In this document: positions 38,260-46,979 of the stretch, one piece after another | Layout of the letters: every line of letters begins with the position of its first letter | Numbering within the stretch: position 1 is the first letter of the stretch | Virus record (IMG/VR): IMGVR_UViG_3300010389_000001 | Span: 32,211-96,210 of that record | From: a virus | Direction: 5' to 3' (one strand) | DNA length: 64,000 nucleotides | Program-made: the position numbers and the translations under genes | The notes under the pieces: generated by a model | The model's database searches: none | The model's input: only the letters and a program-made list of their open reading frames with translations | Told to the model about the DNA's origin: nothing

Positions 38260-40101
38260 ATGGCCGGCTCAGATAACGAATTATCAATAATTGATTTAAT
38301 AGAGTATTATGAGCCGGGACCGGTTTTGAAAGAGCGAACACCCAATTTAAATAGAACATCATTTTATCCTGGCGACGGCGAGCATCATGCAGAAGATGGT
38401 GAGCCCGAGCCGGGCAAAAAGGTTACAAAAAAAGCAAGGCTGGATATTATTCGGAAAAAGGCGCTTGGGTTAACCGATGTTCCCCGTGCTGCAATTCCGG
38501 GTAATGAAGGGTATCTTGGAAGAAGAGACCCCGGCACTGAAGAGGGTCAGGAAGAATTTACGACATGGTTCGGAGGGCAGGAAGATTTTGTTCTAGATAA
38601 TCTTGAAAAAGAAGATAAGCTACCTACTAATAAAAAAAGAAATGAAAATAAACCTGAATCAGGAGATTTAAATAAAATGAGCTTCGAAAAATCTGAATTA
38701 CTAAAACTAGCTAAAGCCCTGAGCGTCAGAGGGCAGGTCTCTGCGTCTGATTCTGTTATTAGATTGACAAAGCAGGCTGACACGAATTCCGGTAGTAACT
38801 CGGCATTCTTCGATGGATGGGAGGAACTAACGAGGGGTGCTGGTCAAAGCCTGAGAAGCTTGACGACATGGGGAGGGGGTTACTTACCCAAAAACGCGCT
38901 GAAGGAAAGAATAGCAGATATGTGGGTCACATATGGGGGCGAACTTCGATTTGTTGATCAGAGTGGCGTAGAGAAAACTCTAGAAGCTCTTATCGAATTC
39001 TGGATAAGTCAAGATCTGAAATTTGGCCGAGGAGGAGAGCCTAATGACACAGACAAAGCAAGAGTTAAGACTTTCCTCGATGGGAAAAAAAGCACAGAGA
39101 TTACTGTTGAAGGACTAATTGGCGTTATGTGGAATGACGGAGAAAGTGGATATAAGACAGGTATAGGCCAGGCTCAAACTAGCTTTACGGACATGGTGCA
39201 GGATGAAACAAAAACATTTGTTGATGCATGGAATAGTGTAATTAGGTACAAGCAGAAGCAGGGCACTGGCACATCAACCGGCCAGCCTGTTGCGGGTACA
39301 ACTCAATCATTACCGGGAGGGACTAGCGCAGCTAAAGAGGAGCCCTGGGTGCCAGTACAGAAGAGAATTAACGAGTTATTTGCTGACGGTGGAGCACTGC
39401 AATCAAGAAGGCCCGATCCATGGGAGCCTCTAGCGACCGATGGAGATATGGGTGAGAAGTCTACCACTGCTTACAACGCAGCTACAGGATCTAACTATGA
39501 TCCCAATGCTAGACCGTGGCCTATACCAAAAGCGTTAACCCCGGAGCAGGCACTAGATGAGTTGAATGCTCAGATCGAAGAAGTCGTTGCCCCAACACCC
39601 TCTGAGCCTGCGGATACTACAAGGGGAGGAGGGCCAGGTGAGGTAGCTCCAGAAGAATCACCTATTGCCGAGGGCAAGGCCACAGGAGACCTACAAGACT
39701 GGTATATAGCGGACTCGGATGATGGAAGCCATTATGTCGGGATAGGAAAAGAAGGAACTGAATATGCATACCAGATATTTGCAATATCAAAAGAGCCGAA
39801 TGAAAGCGGCAGGCATGATGCCGTAAGAATAACCGATAGAGGTGATGATCCCAGATTCACTGGAGCAAGATTCTTGGAGGGCAAAGAGGACGGAAGACTT
39901 ATATCTCAGATAAGAAGAGATAGGCTGGGTCGAGCGCAGAGAACAAGATATACTGATGTGATCAGGGGACAGAGAAAGAGCGTTAAGGGCGATACCCGGA
40001 GAGGCAGAAGAAGAGGCGCTGAGAGAGCGGAGAGAGCCGCAGCTGGAACCAGAAGAAGAGACCTTAGGCAGAGGGGAAGATCCGAAAGACGAAGAAGATA
40101 G
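38260..40101 (+). CDS. large protein with internal leader module, possible peptidoglycan-binding segment and Arg-rich tail
   Basis: MSFEKSELLKLAKALSVRGQVSASDSVIRLTKQA from residue 140; VQKRIN...LATDGDMGEKSTTAY. Confidence 0.75.
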   Translation: MAGSDNELSIIDLIEYYEPGPVLKERTPNLNRTSFYPGDGEHHAEDGEPEPGKKVTKKARLDIIRKKALGLTDVPRAAIPGNEGYLGRRDPGTEEGQEEFTTWFGGQEDFVLDNLEKEDKLPTNKKRNENKPESGDLNKMSFEKSELLKLAKALSVRGQVSASDSVIRLTKQADTNSGSNSAFFDGWEELTRGAGQSLRSLTTWGGGYLPKNALKERIADMWVTYGGELRFVDQSGVEKTLEALIEFWISQDLKFGRGGEPNDTDKARVKTFLDGKKSTEITVEGLIGVMWNDGESGYKTGIGQAQTSFTDMVQDETKTFVDAWNSVIRYKQKQGTGTSTGQPVAGTTQSLPGGTSAAKEEPWVPVQKRINELFADGGALQSRRPDPWEPLATDGDMGEKSTTAYNAATGSNYDPNARPWPIPKALTPEQALDELNAQIEEVVAPTPSEPADTTRGGGPGEVAPEESPIAEGKATGDLQDWYIADSDDGSHYVGIGKEGTEYAYQIFAISKEPNESGRHDAVRITDRGDDPRFTGARFLEGKEDGRLISQIRRDRLGRAQRTRYTDVIRGQRKSVKGDTRRGRRRGAERAERAAAGTRRRDLRQRGRSERRRR

Positions 40102-40134
40102 TTTAATCATCAGATAAGGGAAAGAGACCCAATT

Positions 40135-40165
40135 AAAGCCTTCCGAAATAACGGAAGGCTTTTTT
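40135..40165 (+). terminator. intrinsic terminator
   Basis: AAAGCCTTCCG-aaataa-CGGAAGGCTTT plus T tract. Confidence 0.8.
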
Positions 40166-40166
40166 C

Positions 40167-40192
40167 TTGCACCATATCCCATTCGGGTTATC
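40167..40192 (+). promoter_or_regulatory. class A promoter-like motif
   Basis: TTGCACCATATCCCATTCGGGTTATC. Confidence 0.65.
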
Positions 40193-40213
40193 CCATTCCG
40201 AGGAGGCGCCCCC

Positions 40214-40804
40214 ATGAGCCCAAAGTCGATCAGTATATTCGATACAGCCCAAACAAAGAAGCGGACGAACCGCAATAACAAGCAAAAGAAAAGTACGGCA
40301 GAAAAGCAGCGAATTGCAGATAAAGAAGCTCTGGGTAAGGCGGCTCTTCAAAAGTTAAATCCAATGGTCATCCCTCTACTTGCAGCCCAAGAAAGGCCGT
40401 CTGGATTTATCACTTCTTCAATCGATGTAATTCAGAACAATCCTCATCGTCTATCGGATAATTGGATTGAGAAGCTAAATAAGTGGGTTGATGATGTAGC
40501 TGCCGCATCAATTTTAGAGGAGCCCGATATTAAGATCGGAGAGAGAATCGATATTGGCCCCATCATGGTAGATCGGATTATTCCTCCAAAGCTTGAATCC
40601 CAATATCCTATGCCAGCCATTATGTGCAAGGACGAAAGAGGCTGGAAGTGGTACTTTAAAACAAGTAAGGCTGGACAGTTCTCTTCTGGCGACTATATTA
40701 CCTTCAGGGCAATTCCCTCCGGTCACGGAGAGGGGATTACCTTTCTGCGCAGGCCAACTAAATTGGTTAAGGTAGAAAAGAATATGGAGGAAGATAGTGA
40801 TTAG
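40214..40804 (+). CDS. hypothetical protein
   Basis: 196-aa ORF with GAGGAGG SD. Confidence 0.7.
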   Translation: MSPKSISIFDTAQTKKRTNRNNKQKKSTAEKQRIADKEALGKAALQKLNPMVIPLLAAQERPSGFITSSIDVIQNNPHRLSDNWIEKLNKWVDDVAAASILEEPDIKIGERIDIGPIMVDRIIPPKLESQYPMPAIMCKDERGWKWYFKTSKAGQFSSGDYITFRAIPSGHGEGITFLRRPTKLVKVEKNMEEDSD

Positions 40805-40964
40805 TCAGGAAGGTAGATTTGATCTATCATTAAAATATAATCTTCTATATTTTTGTTTTTACAAAATTCTATAGCAGCAGCTTTTTTGGCTCCTATTAAT
40901 TGCCTTGGGATTAATAGAAAAGCCCAACTCCCCAAGGCAGTCATTAGAGAAAAGGAGGTGCTTT

Positions 40965-42012
40965 ATGTCCAAGCTAATCAGACTCGCAGATGTTGTAGTT
41001 GGTTTAGCTTGGGGTTAACTACCCCGGCGATGAAGCAAAAGGGAAAATTACTGCCCAACTCGCATCAACAAGGTCAGCGTCAAACGGTGGCTCATTCTAC
41101 GATTACATCGTCCGTTGGGCCGGTGGTAATAACGCAGGCCACACTGTATGGGTTGGCGGAGAAAAATTTAAGACACACTTGGTTCCATCCGGAGTATTCT
41201 ATGGTGTGAAATCGATTGTTGGCCCTGGCTGTGTTTTGCACCAGGAGCACTTTAATGTGGAGCTTTCTTATCTGGAGAAGAACGGCTTTGACCCAGGGCT
41301 GGTAAAGGTTTCTCCAAGATGCCATATTGTAACTGATGAGCACCTTGAGTATGACCGAAATAATCTTGCTAAAAAGCTTGGAACTACAGGACGAGGAATT
41401 GCTCCAGCTTACTCTGCAAAGTTTGCAAGAACCGGAATTCTAGCAAAGGATGTTCTTCCAAGTCATATGCTGTGGGATGAGCGGCTAGATGGCAATGTCC
41501 TATGCGAAGGAGCACAGGGCGTATGGCTTGACATTGATCATGGTCTTTATCCTTATGTAACTTCATCAACGACTCTGCCTTATGGAGCTTGCAGCGTCGG
41601 CTTTCCTCCTCAGAAGATTCGCAATATTTGGGGTGCAGCAAAGATTTATGATACAAAGTCTGGAGAGGATCCAAGATTTCCTGACTCACTCTTAGATGAT
41701 CCAAAGCTTTTGAATGTTGCGAATCTTGGACAAGAATATGGCGTAACCACGGGGCGAAGAAGAAAGGTTAATTGGCTAAATTTAAATATGCTAATTGACT
41801 CTATAAATCTTTCTGGCACAACCAACTTGGTTATAAGTAAATGTGATATACTGCTTGATCTTGGAGAAGGATACTTTAATCTGTTCTATAATGATAATAT
41901 GGTGAGTTTTGCATCATTAAAGAATATGTGTGAGTTCATCACCAACGAAGTTACTTTAAACTGTCCTCTGGTAACTGAGATAAGGTATTCAAGCTCCCCT
42001 ATGGAGATTTGA
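40965..42012 (+). CDS. purA: adenylosuccinate synthetase interrupted by a 13-nt insert (41013-41025)
   Basis: AAGGAGG SD, MSKLIRLADVVVGLAWG* then a +1 frame GDEAKGK...RWAGGNNAGHT...THLVPSG...GTTGRGIAPAY...EGAQG..LDIDHG.YPYVTSS...EYGVTTGRRR; removing 13 nt gives a 344-aa ORF. Confidence 0.88.
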
Positions 42013-42013
42013 T

Positions 42014-42835
42014 TTGTCTAACGTAACTGTTCTTTATCACGCAGGCTGCCCCGATGGCTTTGGCTCTGCGTGGTCTTTCTACAAAAAGTATGGCACTAAA
42101 GCTGAGTATATACCCGTTCGTCACGGAGATCTTCCTCCAGACGTTACAGGAAAGACTGTTTTTATTGTTGACTTTTCTTATCCCAGGACTATACTGGAGG
42201 AAATGCACGCGGCAGCAGAATCGCTGACGGTAATAGACCATCACATTACTGCCCAAGAAAGTCTGCATGGCTTAGACTATTGCCACTTTGATATGTCTCA
42301 TTCCGGCGCTTATTTATCATGGGCCTTTCTCTTTGGAGAAGAAGACGTACCGCTTTTAATTAGGTATATTGAGGATAGAGATTTGTGGAAGTGGCAGCTT
42401 CCTTCTGCAGAGCAGATTTTATCTGCTATAGATTCGTATGACAAGAGCTTCTCCACTTGGGACTCTTTAAATGAGAAGCTAGATGAGCCTCATTCGAGGT
42501 CATGGTTTAAGCTGCACATTGAGGGCTCTGCAATCTTGCGCTATAACAAGCAGCTTATCGAGAGGCTGAAAAAGAAAGAGCATACAGTAAAGATTGGCGA
42601 TGATACTATCCGCGCTGTAAATTCTCCATTTTTTCAATCAGAGATAGGCGCTCAATTGAGTCGCGGTGAAAAGTATGCTGCTGTTTACTATTATGATGGA
42701 GAAAAGTATGTCTTCTCGCTTAGGTCGGACGAAGATGGAGAGAATGTCTCTGTAGTGGCCAAAAAGTTTGGAGGAGGAGGCCATAAGAAAGCTTCTGGTT
42801 TTTCGGTTATGAACATCTCTGATTTGGAAAAGTAA
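42014..42835 (+). CDS. DHH/DHHA1 family phosphoesterase
   Basis: YHAGCPDG, IVDFSY, IDHH, SGA, IEDRDLW, FSLRS, FGGGGHKKASGF. Confidence 0.88.
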   Translation: MSNVTVLYHAGCPDGFGSAWSFYKKYGTKAEYIPVRHGDLPPDVTGKTVFIVDFSYPRTILEEMHAAAESLTVIDHHITAQESLHGLDYCHFDMSHSGAYLSWAFLFGEEDVPLLIRYIEDRDLWKWQLPSAEQILSAIDSYDKSFSTWDSLNEKLDEPHSRSWFKLHIEGSAILRYNKQLIERLKKKEHTVKIGDDTIRAVNSPFFQSEIGAQLSRGEKYAAVYYYDGEKYVFSLRSDEDGENVSVVAKKFGGGGHKKASGFSVMNISDLEK

Positions 42836-42836
42836 A

Positions 42837-43601
42837 TTGACTATCAAGAACAGTGTAACGAAGAAGATTCGCGGAATGAAGCTGCCGCATAATCCGTCAA
42901 CTCCATGGAGGTCGGTAGAGCTTCTGAGCGTTGACTCCATGCTAGAAGACGCCGATGAATCGGAATGCCTTTCCATTGCCATGGATGAGACGGCATTAAC
43001 TGAAATCGCAAGACATTTGCATTCGAGAATGTCAAAGAACGGCCTTCCAACATCCCCTTGGTATGAGCGTTATATTGAGAATAAGCTTTGCGCTTCTTTT
43101 ATTATGAAGCTTGCCAGCAAATCGGATGAGCTTCTTAAGAAGTCAAAGAACCATCGCCTAAAGTTGGCTCTATTTACCGGAGGACACTATCAGTCAGTCG
43201 AAATGATTGATTGGATTGCCGAAAATTCAGAAGATATAGATCTTGTTGTTGCCGCATCAAGAGTATGTTCAATTTCAGTTCTTAGAAAAATATCGAAGAA
43301 GAAGGATGCCCTTAGGTTGGTCAAGACTATCGCATACGAAAGGCTAGGGCCTGTAGAGTGTCTTGATGAAATGATTAATGATAAATACGCAAAGAATAGA
43401 GAGATGGGTTATAACTATGCTCCGCATGGCTATCCGCCCCTAGAAGAGAAGGCTCTAACCGAAATCGCAAAGGGGCCTACGATAGCTTTAATTAAAAAGC
43501 TAAGCTCGGAGTATTTGCCAATGCTAATGGCGAATAGGAATGTATTAAAGAATCGGTGGATTGCTAGTTATCTTGAAAAAAGAATGAACTCGGGAAAGTA
43601 A
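42837..43601 (+). CDS. alpha-helical (HEAT-like) hypothetical protein
   Basis: C-terminal NRWIASYLEKRMNSGK. Confidence 0.7.
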   Translation: MTIKNSVTKKIRGMKLPHNPSTPWRSVELLSVDSMLEDADESECLSIAMDETALTEIARHLHSRMSKNGLPTSPWYERYIENKLCASFIMKLASKSDELLKKSKNHRLKLALFTGGHYQSVEMIDWIAENSEDIDLVVAASRVCSISVLRKISKKKDALRLVKTIAYERLGPVECLDEMINDKYAKNREMGYNYAPHGYPPLEEKALTEIAKGPTIALIKKLSSEYLPMLMANRNVLKNRWIASYLEKRMNSGK

Positions 43602-43602
43602 T

Positions 43603-44547
43603 ATGTACTTCGGTGATGTAACTGTTGAAGCAAAAGATGTAGAGCTAAACTCATTTCCGGATGAGGTGTATGAATATGCCCTGGTACACGCCTGCCAGGA
43701 GTATTCTTATTGGAATAACAATAAAACTTCTGTTATTACAAGCTTCTTTACTGGAGGCAGGCTCCTAAAGATCTGGAACAATTACCCTAACCTAAGGGAT
43801 AGTATATTTGATAATATTGTTCTGAGATTTTCGGTTGTAGATAGATCTCTTTCCGCAAAGAATATGGTGACCGAACGTCAAGATATTAGGCGCTCGTGCT
43901 CTGAGATTGCCAAGAAAATCTTGGAAAGTCAGTCTGACAACTTTTCCAGACATTGGGTCGATAAAGTTGACCGAATGGTAGGGGCTGGCATTCTGAGTAA
44001 AAGCTGGGACCATAAGAGCATTCTTTCTTCTATGGAGGAGTATGACGAAGAGTATATGTACTGGCTTAAGAAGTATATTAAAACTCTAAAACAAGGAGAT
44101 GAGAAGGCTTTCGAGGAGCTTTATTTCTCTGTAAAAAGAGGAAAGGGAGCAACGGAAGTAAGAGACTTTATTTTAAGGAAGTCCTTGGAGTACGGAGCTT
44201 TGTCAAATAAGATTCTTGAAAAAATTGCTAAGTCCTCGCCAATCTCTCTTCGCAGAACGATCGTACAATGGCTTTCTGCCGATAAGCACGACCTACTTAA
44301 TCGACTCTCCTATATGAAGAGGAACGATTATAATGGAGGGTATACGGATGAAGATTTCAAGGATATGCAAGAAAAAGCTGACGCCATAGATTCTAAGCTT
44401 ATACTGTTTGCGCCCATTCAAGATATGAATGTTCAGATTAAGTTGGTCGATGTGCTGAGTAAAGATAATCTTGTATGGTGTGTTCCTGCCGTTTCCTCCC
44501 TAGGGAGTTCATGGCTATCTTCAAGACTAGAAAAGAATATGTCATAA
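43603..44547 (+). CDS. alpha-helical hypothetical protein
   Basis: C-terminal SSWLSSRLEKNMS. Confidence 0.7.
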   Translation: MYFGDVTVEAKDVELNSFPDEVYEYALVHACQEYSYWNNNKTSVITSFFTGGRLLKIWNNYPNLRDSIFDNIVLRFSVVDRSLSAKNMVTERQDIRRSCSEIAKKILESQSDNFSRHWVDKVDRMVGAGILSKSWDHKSILSSMEEYDEEYMYWLKKYIKTLKQGDEKAFEELYFSVKRGKGATEVRDFILRKSLEYGALSNKILEKIAKSSPISLRRTIVQWLSADKHDLLNRLSYMKRNDYNGGYTDEDFKDMQEKADAIDSKLILFAPIQDMNVQIKLVDVLSKDNLVWCVPAVSSLGSSWLSSRLEKNMS

Positions 44548-44562
44548 AAGACTGGAGTAATT

Positions 44563-44751
44563 ATGTCAAAAGGTCTGCTGTTAAAAATTAAGGTTACCAA
44601 CCTAGACTCAAAGCAAGAGTATATTCACTCAAATGTTCCGCTAGATCACGTAGAGATGATTAAGATGAATCCAAACCTAAGAGTAGAGGTTATAGGAAGA
44701 AGTCGCGGCCGCACTAGGGGGCCTAGAAATCAGGACGAATCGAGTCAGTAA
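44563..44751 (+). CDS. small hypothetical protein
   Basis: GGAG SD; 62 aa. Confidence 0.55.
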   Translation: MSKGLLLKIKVTNLDSKQEYIHSNVPLDHVEMIKMNPNLRVEVIGRSRGRTRGPRNQDESSQ

Positions 44752-44799
44752 TATATCAAGTGTGATAATGCAAGCTATAGCTGGAGGCAAGAACAGGTA

Positions 44800-45450
44800 A
44801 TGTATACGGCCAGTTTTGTTGACCATATCAAGAATACTATATTCATCTTATTTTTTTCGATTTACTCAGCCACCTTAAGTGCTGAGGCGGCTGAGCCTTA
44901 TAAGAGTTCATTTATCAAGCATGTCAGAACCGAGACCGTTATGGACAAAGTTCTGGTTATCGAGAATGGAAGCTCTAGGCTCAAAACGCCGGTCACCATA
45001 TCTTATGAGGTGGGTAAGGGCGACTATATTCGACAAAAGTATACCGAAGAATATATCAAAAATAACTTTGCATTATCGCACATGATTGTTATGGATGAGC
45101 TAAAGGGTATTGGTGTTACTCCAATCGAGTGTCGCTCTCCCTACGAGTTGCATATTTTTATCCTTCATCCAGACACAATGTACTCTTCGAATTTATTTCA
45201 GAAATTCAGAGAAGAATATAACTACCATTATAAAATTCACGCCTTTTTTGATGCAACGGTTGAAGTAAAGGGGCACAACAATATTCTTCTATCTGACATG
45301 GGCGACTGGGAAAATTACCAATCTATCCAGCATGAACATGCTCATTATTGGTGGCTCCGGTATTGTCTAAAGAAGCATTATCCATCTTCAGAAGACTTTG
45401 CTCGTTTGATAGAGAGAAAAGCGGAGACAACTTACAATGAATATTTTTAG
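44800..45450 (+). CDS. secreted or membrane-anchored HExxH protein
   Basis: Signal-like N-terminus; QHEHAH. Confidence 0.6.
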   Translation: MYTASFVDHIKNTIFILFFSIYSATLSAEAAEPYKSSFIKHVRTETVMDKVLVIENGSSRLKTPVTISYEVGKGDYIRQKYTEEYIKNNFALSHMIVMDELKGIGVTPIECRSPYELHIFILHPDTMYSSNLFQKFREEYNYHYKIHAFFDATVEVKGHNNILLSDMGDWENYQSIQHEHAHYWWLRYCLKKHYPSSEDFARLIERKAETTYNEYF

Positions 45451-46531
45451 GCCAGGAGACTCTCTCGAAAAGTTAGATGCCCCACCGGCTTTTGATGATG
45501 TGCTGCTTGTTCCAAGATACTCTGGGCTTGCCTCTCGATTGGAACCGAATATTAGCACTTCACTTTCCACCTCTTTCGCCTTAGAGGTTCCGGTCGTATC
45601 TTCTCCGATGGATACTGTTACCGGATCTCAGATGGCTTCTGCTATCGGCAGAGAGGGCGCAATGGGTGTGGTTCACAGGTTTATGTCTCCAGAAGATCAG
45701 GCCGGAGAGCTTCACCGTGTATCTGACTTAAATCAAGGCCCAGGAGATCCTGCTCCACTTGCCTTTGCGGTCGGAGTGGGCTCTTCTGAGAAAGAGAGAT
45801 TCGATAAAGTTTATTCTCAATTTGAATCTGCCATCGATTGGGTATCCATAGACGTTGCAAACGGTCACTCTAAGTATATGGCCGAAATGCTAAGCTGGAT
45901 AAAGGATCGAGTATCACCTGATACAAATATTATGGTTGGCAATGTTGCGACTGGCGATGGGTACAAGTTTCTTGCTGATCGTGGCGCCGATGCAATTCGC
46001 GTTGGGATAGGTGGCGGAAGCATCTGTAAAACCAGAATTATGACAGGCTTTGGCGTTCCTACTCTTGCTTCAGTTGCGGATTGTTATAAGGCAAAGTTGA
46101 GCGGCAATTATAACTCGTCAATTATTGCCGATGGAGGAATCAGGTATCCATCCGATTTGGTTAAGTCTTTGGCCTTCGGGGCAGACGCAATAATGGCTGG
46201 AAGAATATTTGCGGGAACCTTAGAGTCACCTGGCGAAACAGTTATTGTTGACGGCGTAAAATCAAAAACCTATAGAGGGATGGCGTCAAGAGAGGTTCAG
46301 GAGGACAAGCGCGGAGGCTTAAAGCCTGGAACCTGCGCAGAGGGTGTATCAACCCATATTCCAATAAAGGGTAAGGCCAGATATATTCTAGAAGAGTTCT
46401 CGGGCGGTTTGAGGTCTGCCATGACTTACTGTAACGCAAGAGATATTGCAGAACTCAGAGAGAATGTTAGGTTCATTAGAATGTCTCCGTCATCTCTCGA
46501 CGAGTCTCATGCATTTGGAACAAAAGTTTAG
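45437..46531 (+). CDS. guaB: IMP dehydrogenase / GMP reductase family protein without CBS domains
   Basis: [58 protein letters not shown]; guaB versus guaC is not certain. Confidence 0.82.
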   Translation: MNIFRPGDSLEKLDAPPAFDDVLLVPRYSGLASRLEPNISTSLSTSFALEVPVVSSPMDTVTGSQMASAIGREGAMGVVHRFMSPEDQAGELHRVSDLNQGPGDPAPLAFAVGVGSSEKERFDKVYSQFESAIDWVSIDVANGHSKYMAEMLSWIKDRVSPDTNIMVGNVATGDGYKFLADRGADAIRVGIGGGSICKTRIMTGFGVPTLASVADCYKAKLSGNYNSSIIADGGIRYPSDLVKSLAFGADAIMAGRIFAGTLESPGETVIVDGVKSKTYRGMASREVQEDKRGGLKPGTCAEGVSTHIPIKGKARYILEEFSGGLRSAMTYCNARDIAELRENVRFIRMSPSSLDESHAFGTKV

Positions 46532-46539
46532 GAGGTAGC

Positions 46540-46869
46540 ATGTCGAATGCCGACTTTGAAAATGCTGTTTTAGATAGGCTTTCGTCTATTGAGAACAGGC
46601 TTTCTTCAATCGAAGATAGTCTAACTGGAATAGGTGATTTTGCATCAGATATTATTTCTGACGAATCGAGCCCGCTAAATCTAGAGATGCTAGAGTCACT
46701 GAAGACGACTCTATCTTCACTATCTGTTCCGCTCGATTCATTTGATCCGACTCAAGGAGTCGATAAAGATAATATGTCATTCGAGGAGGTGGTTGGATCA
46801 TTAAACGAGTTTAAAGATAGAATTGCAGGCATCAGAAACGCTATGGCTGCAGCAACTGAAAAAAGTTAG
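46540..46869 (+). CDS. coiled-coil hypothetical protein
   Basis: AGGAGG SD; heptad repeat RLSSIE. Confidence 0.65.
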   Translation: MSNADFENAVLDRLSSIENRLSSIEDSLTGIGDFASDIISDESSPLNLEMLESLKTTLSSLSVPLDSFDPTQGVDKDNMSFEEVVGSLNEFKDRIAGIRNAMAAATEKS

Positions 46870-46898
46870 TAGGCAAACTGAATTCGGGTGCAAATTTC

Positions 46899-46927
46899 TT
46901 GCACCATATCCCAGCCCGGTTATAGGT
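46899..46927 (+). promoter_or_regulatory. class A promoter-like motif
   Basis: TTGCACCATATCCCAGCCCGGTTATAGGT. Confidence 0.75.
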
Positions 46928-46979
46928 AGGCGTGGCACCGGGCCGCGCCGAAAATTTCCCCCCAAAGAGGTTGTTTAAG

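Noticed and set aside
41016..41018. Stop-codon reassignment or readthrough as the explanation of the purA break
   Set aside because: The downstream part is in a different frame, and TAA, TAG and TGA all end well-defined genes in this window.
40853..41209. 118-aa ORF overlapping the purA start
   Set aside because: It has no recognisable motifs or SD and overlaps the two purA segments in a third frame.
40965..42012. PurZ (2-aminoadenine DNA pathway)
   Set aside because: The motif is GDEAKGK with the PurA catalytic Asp retained; PurZ replaces it, typically with Ser.
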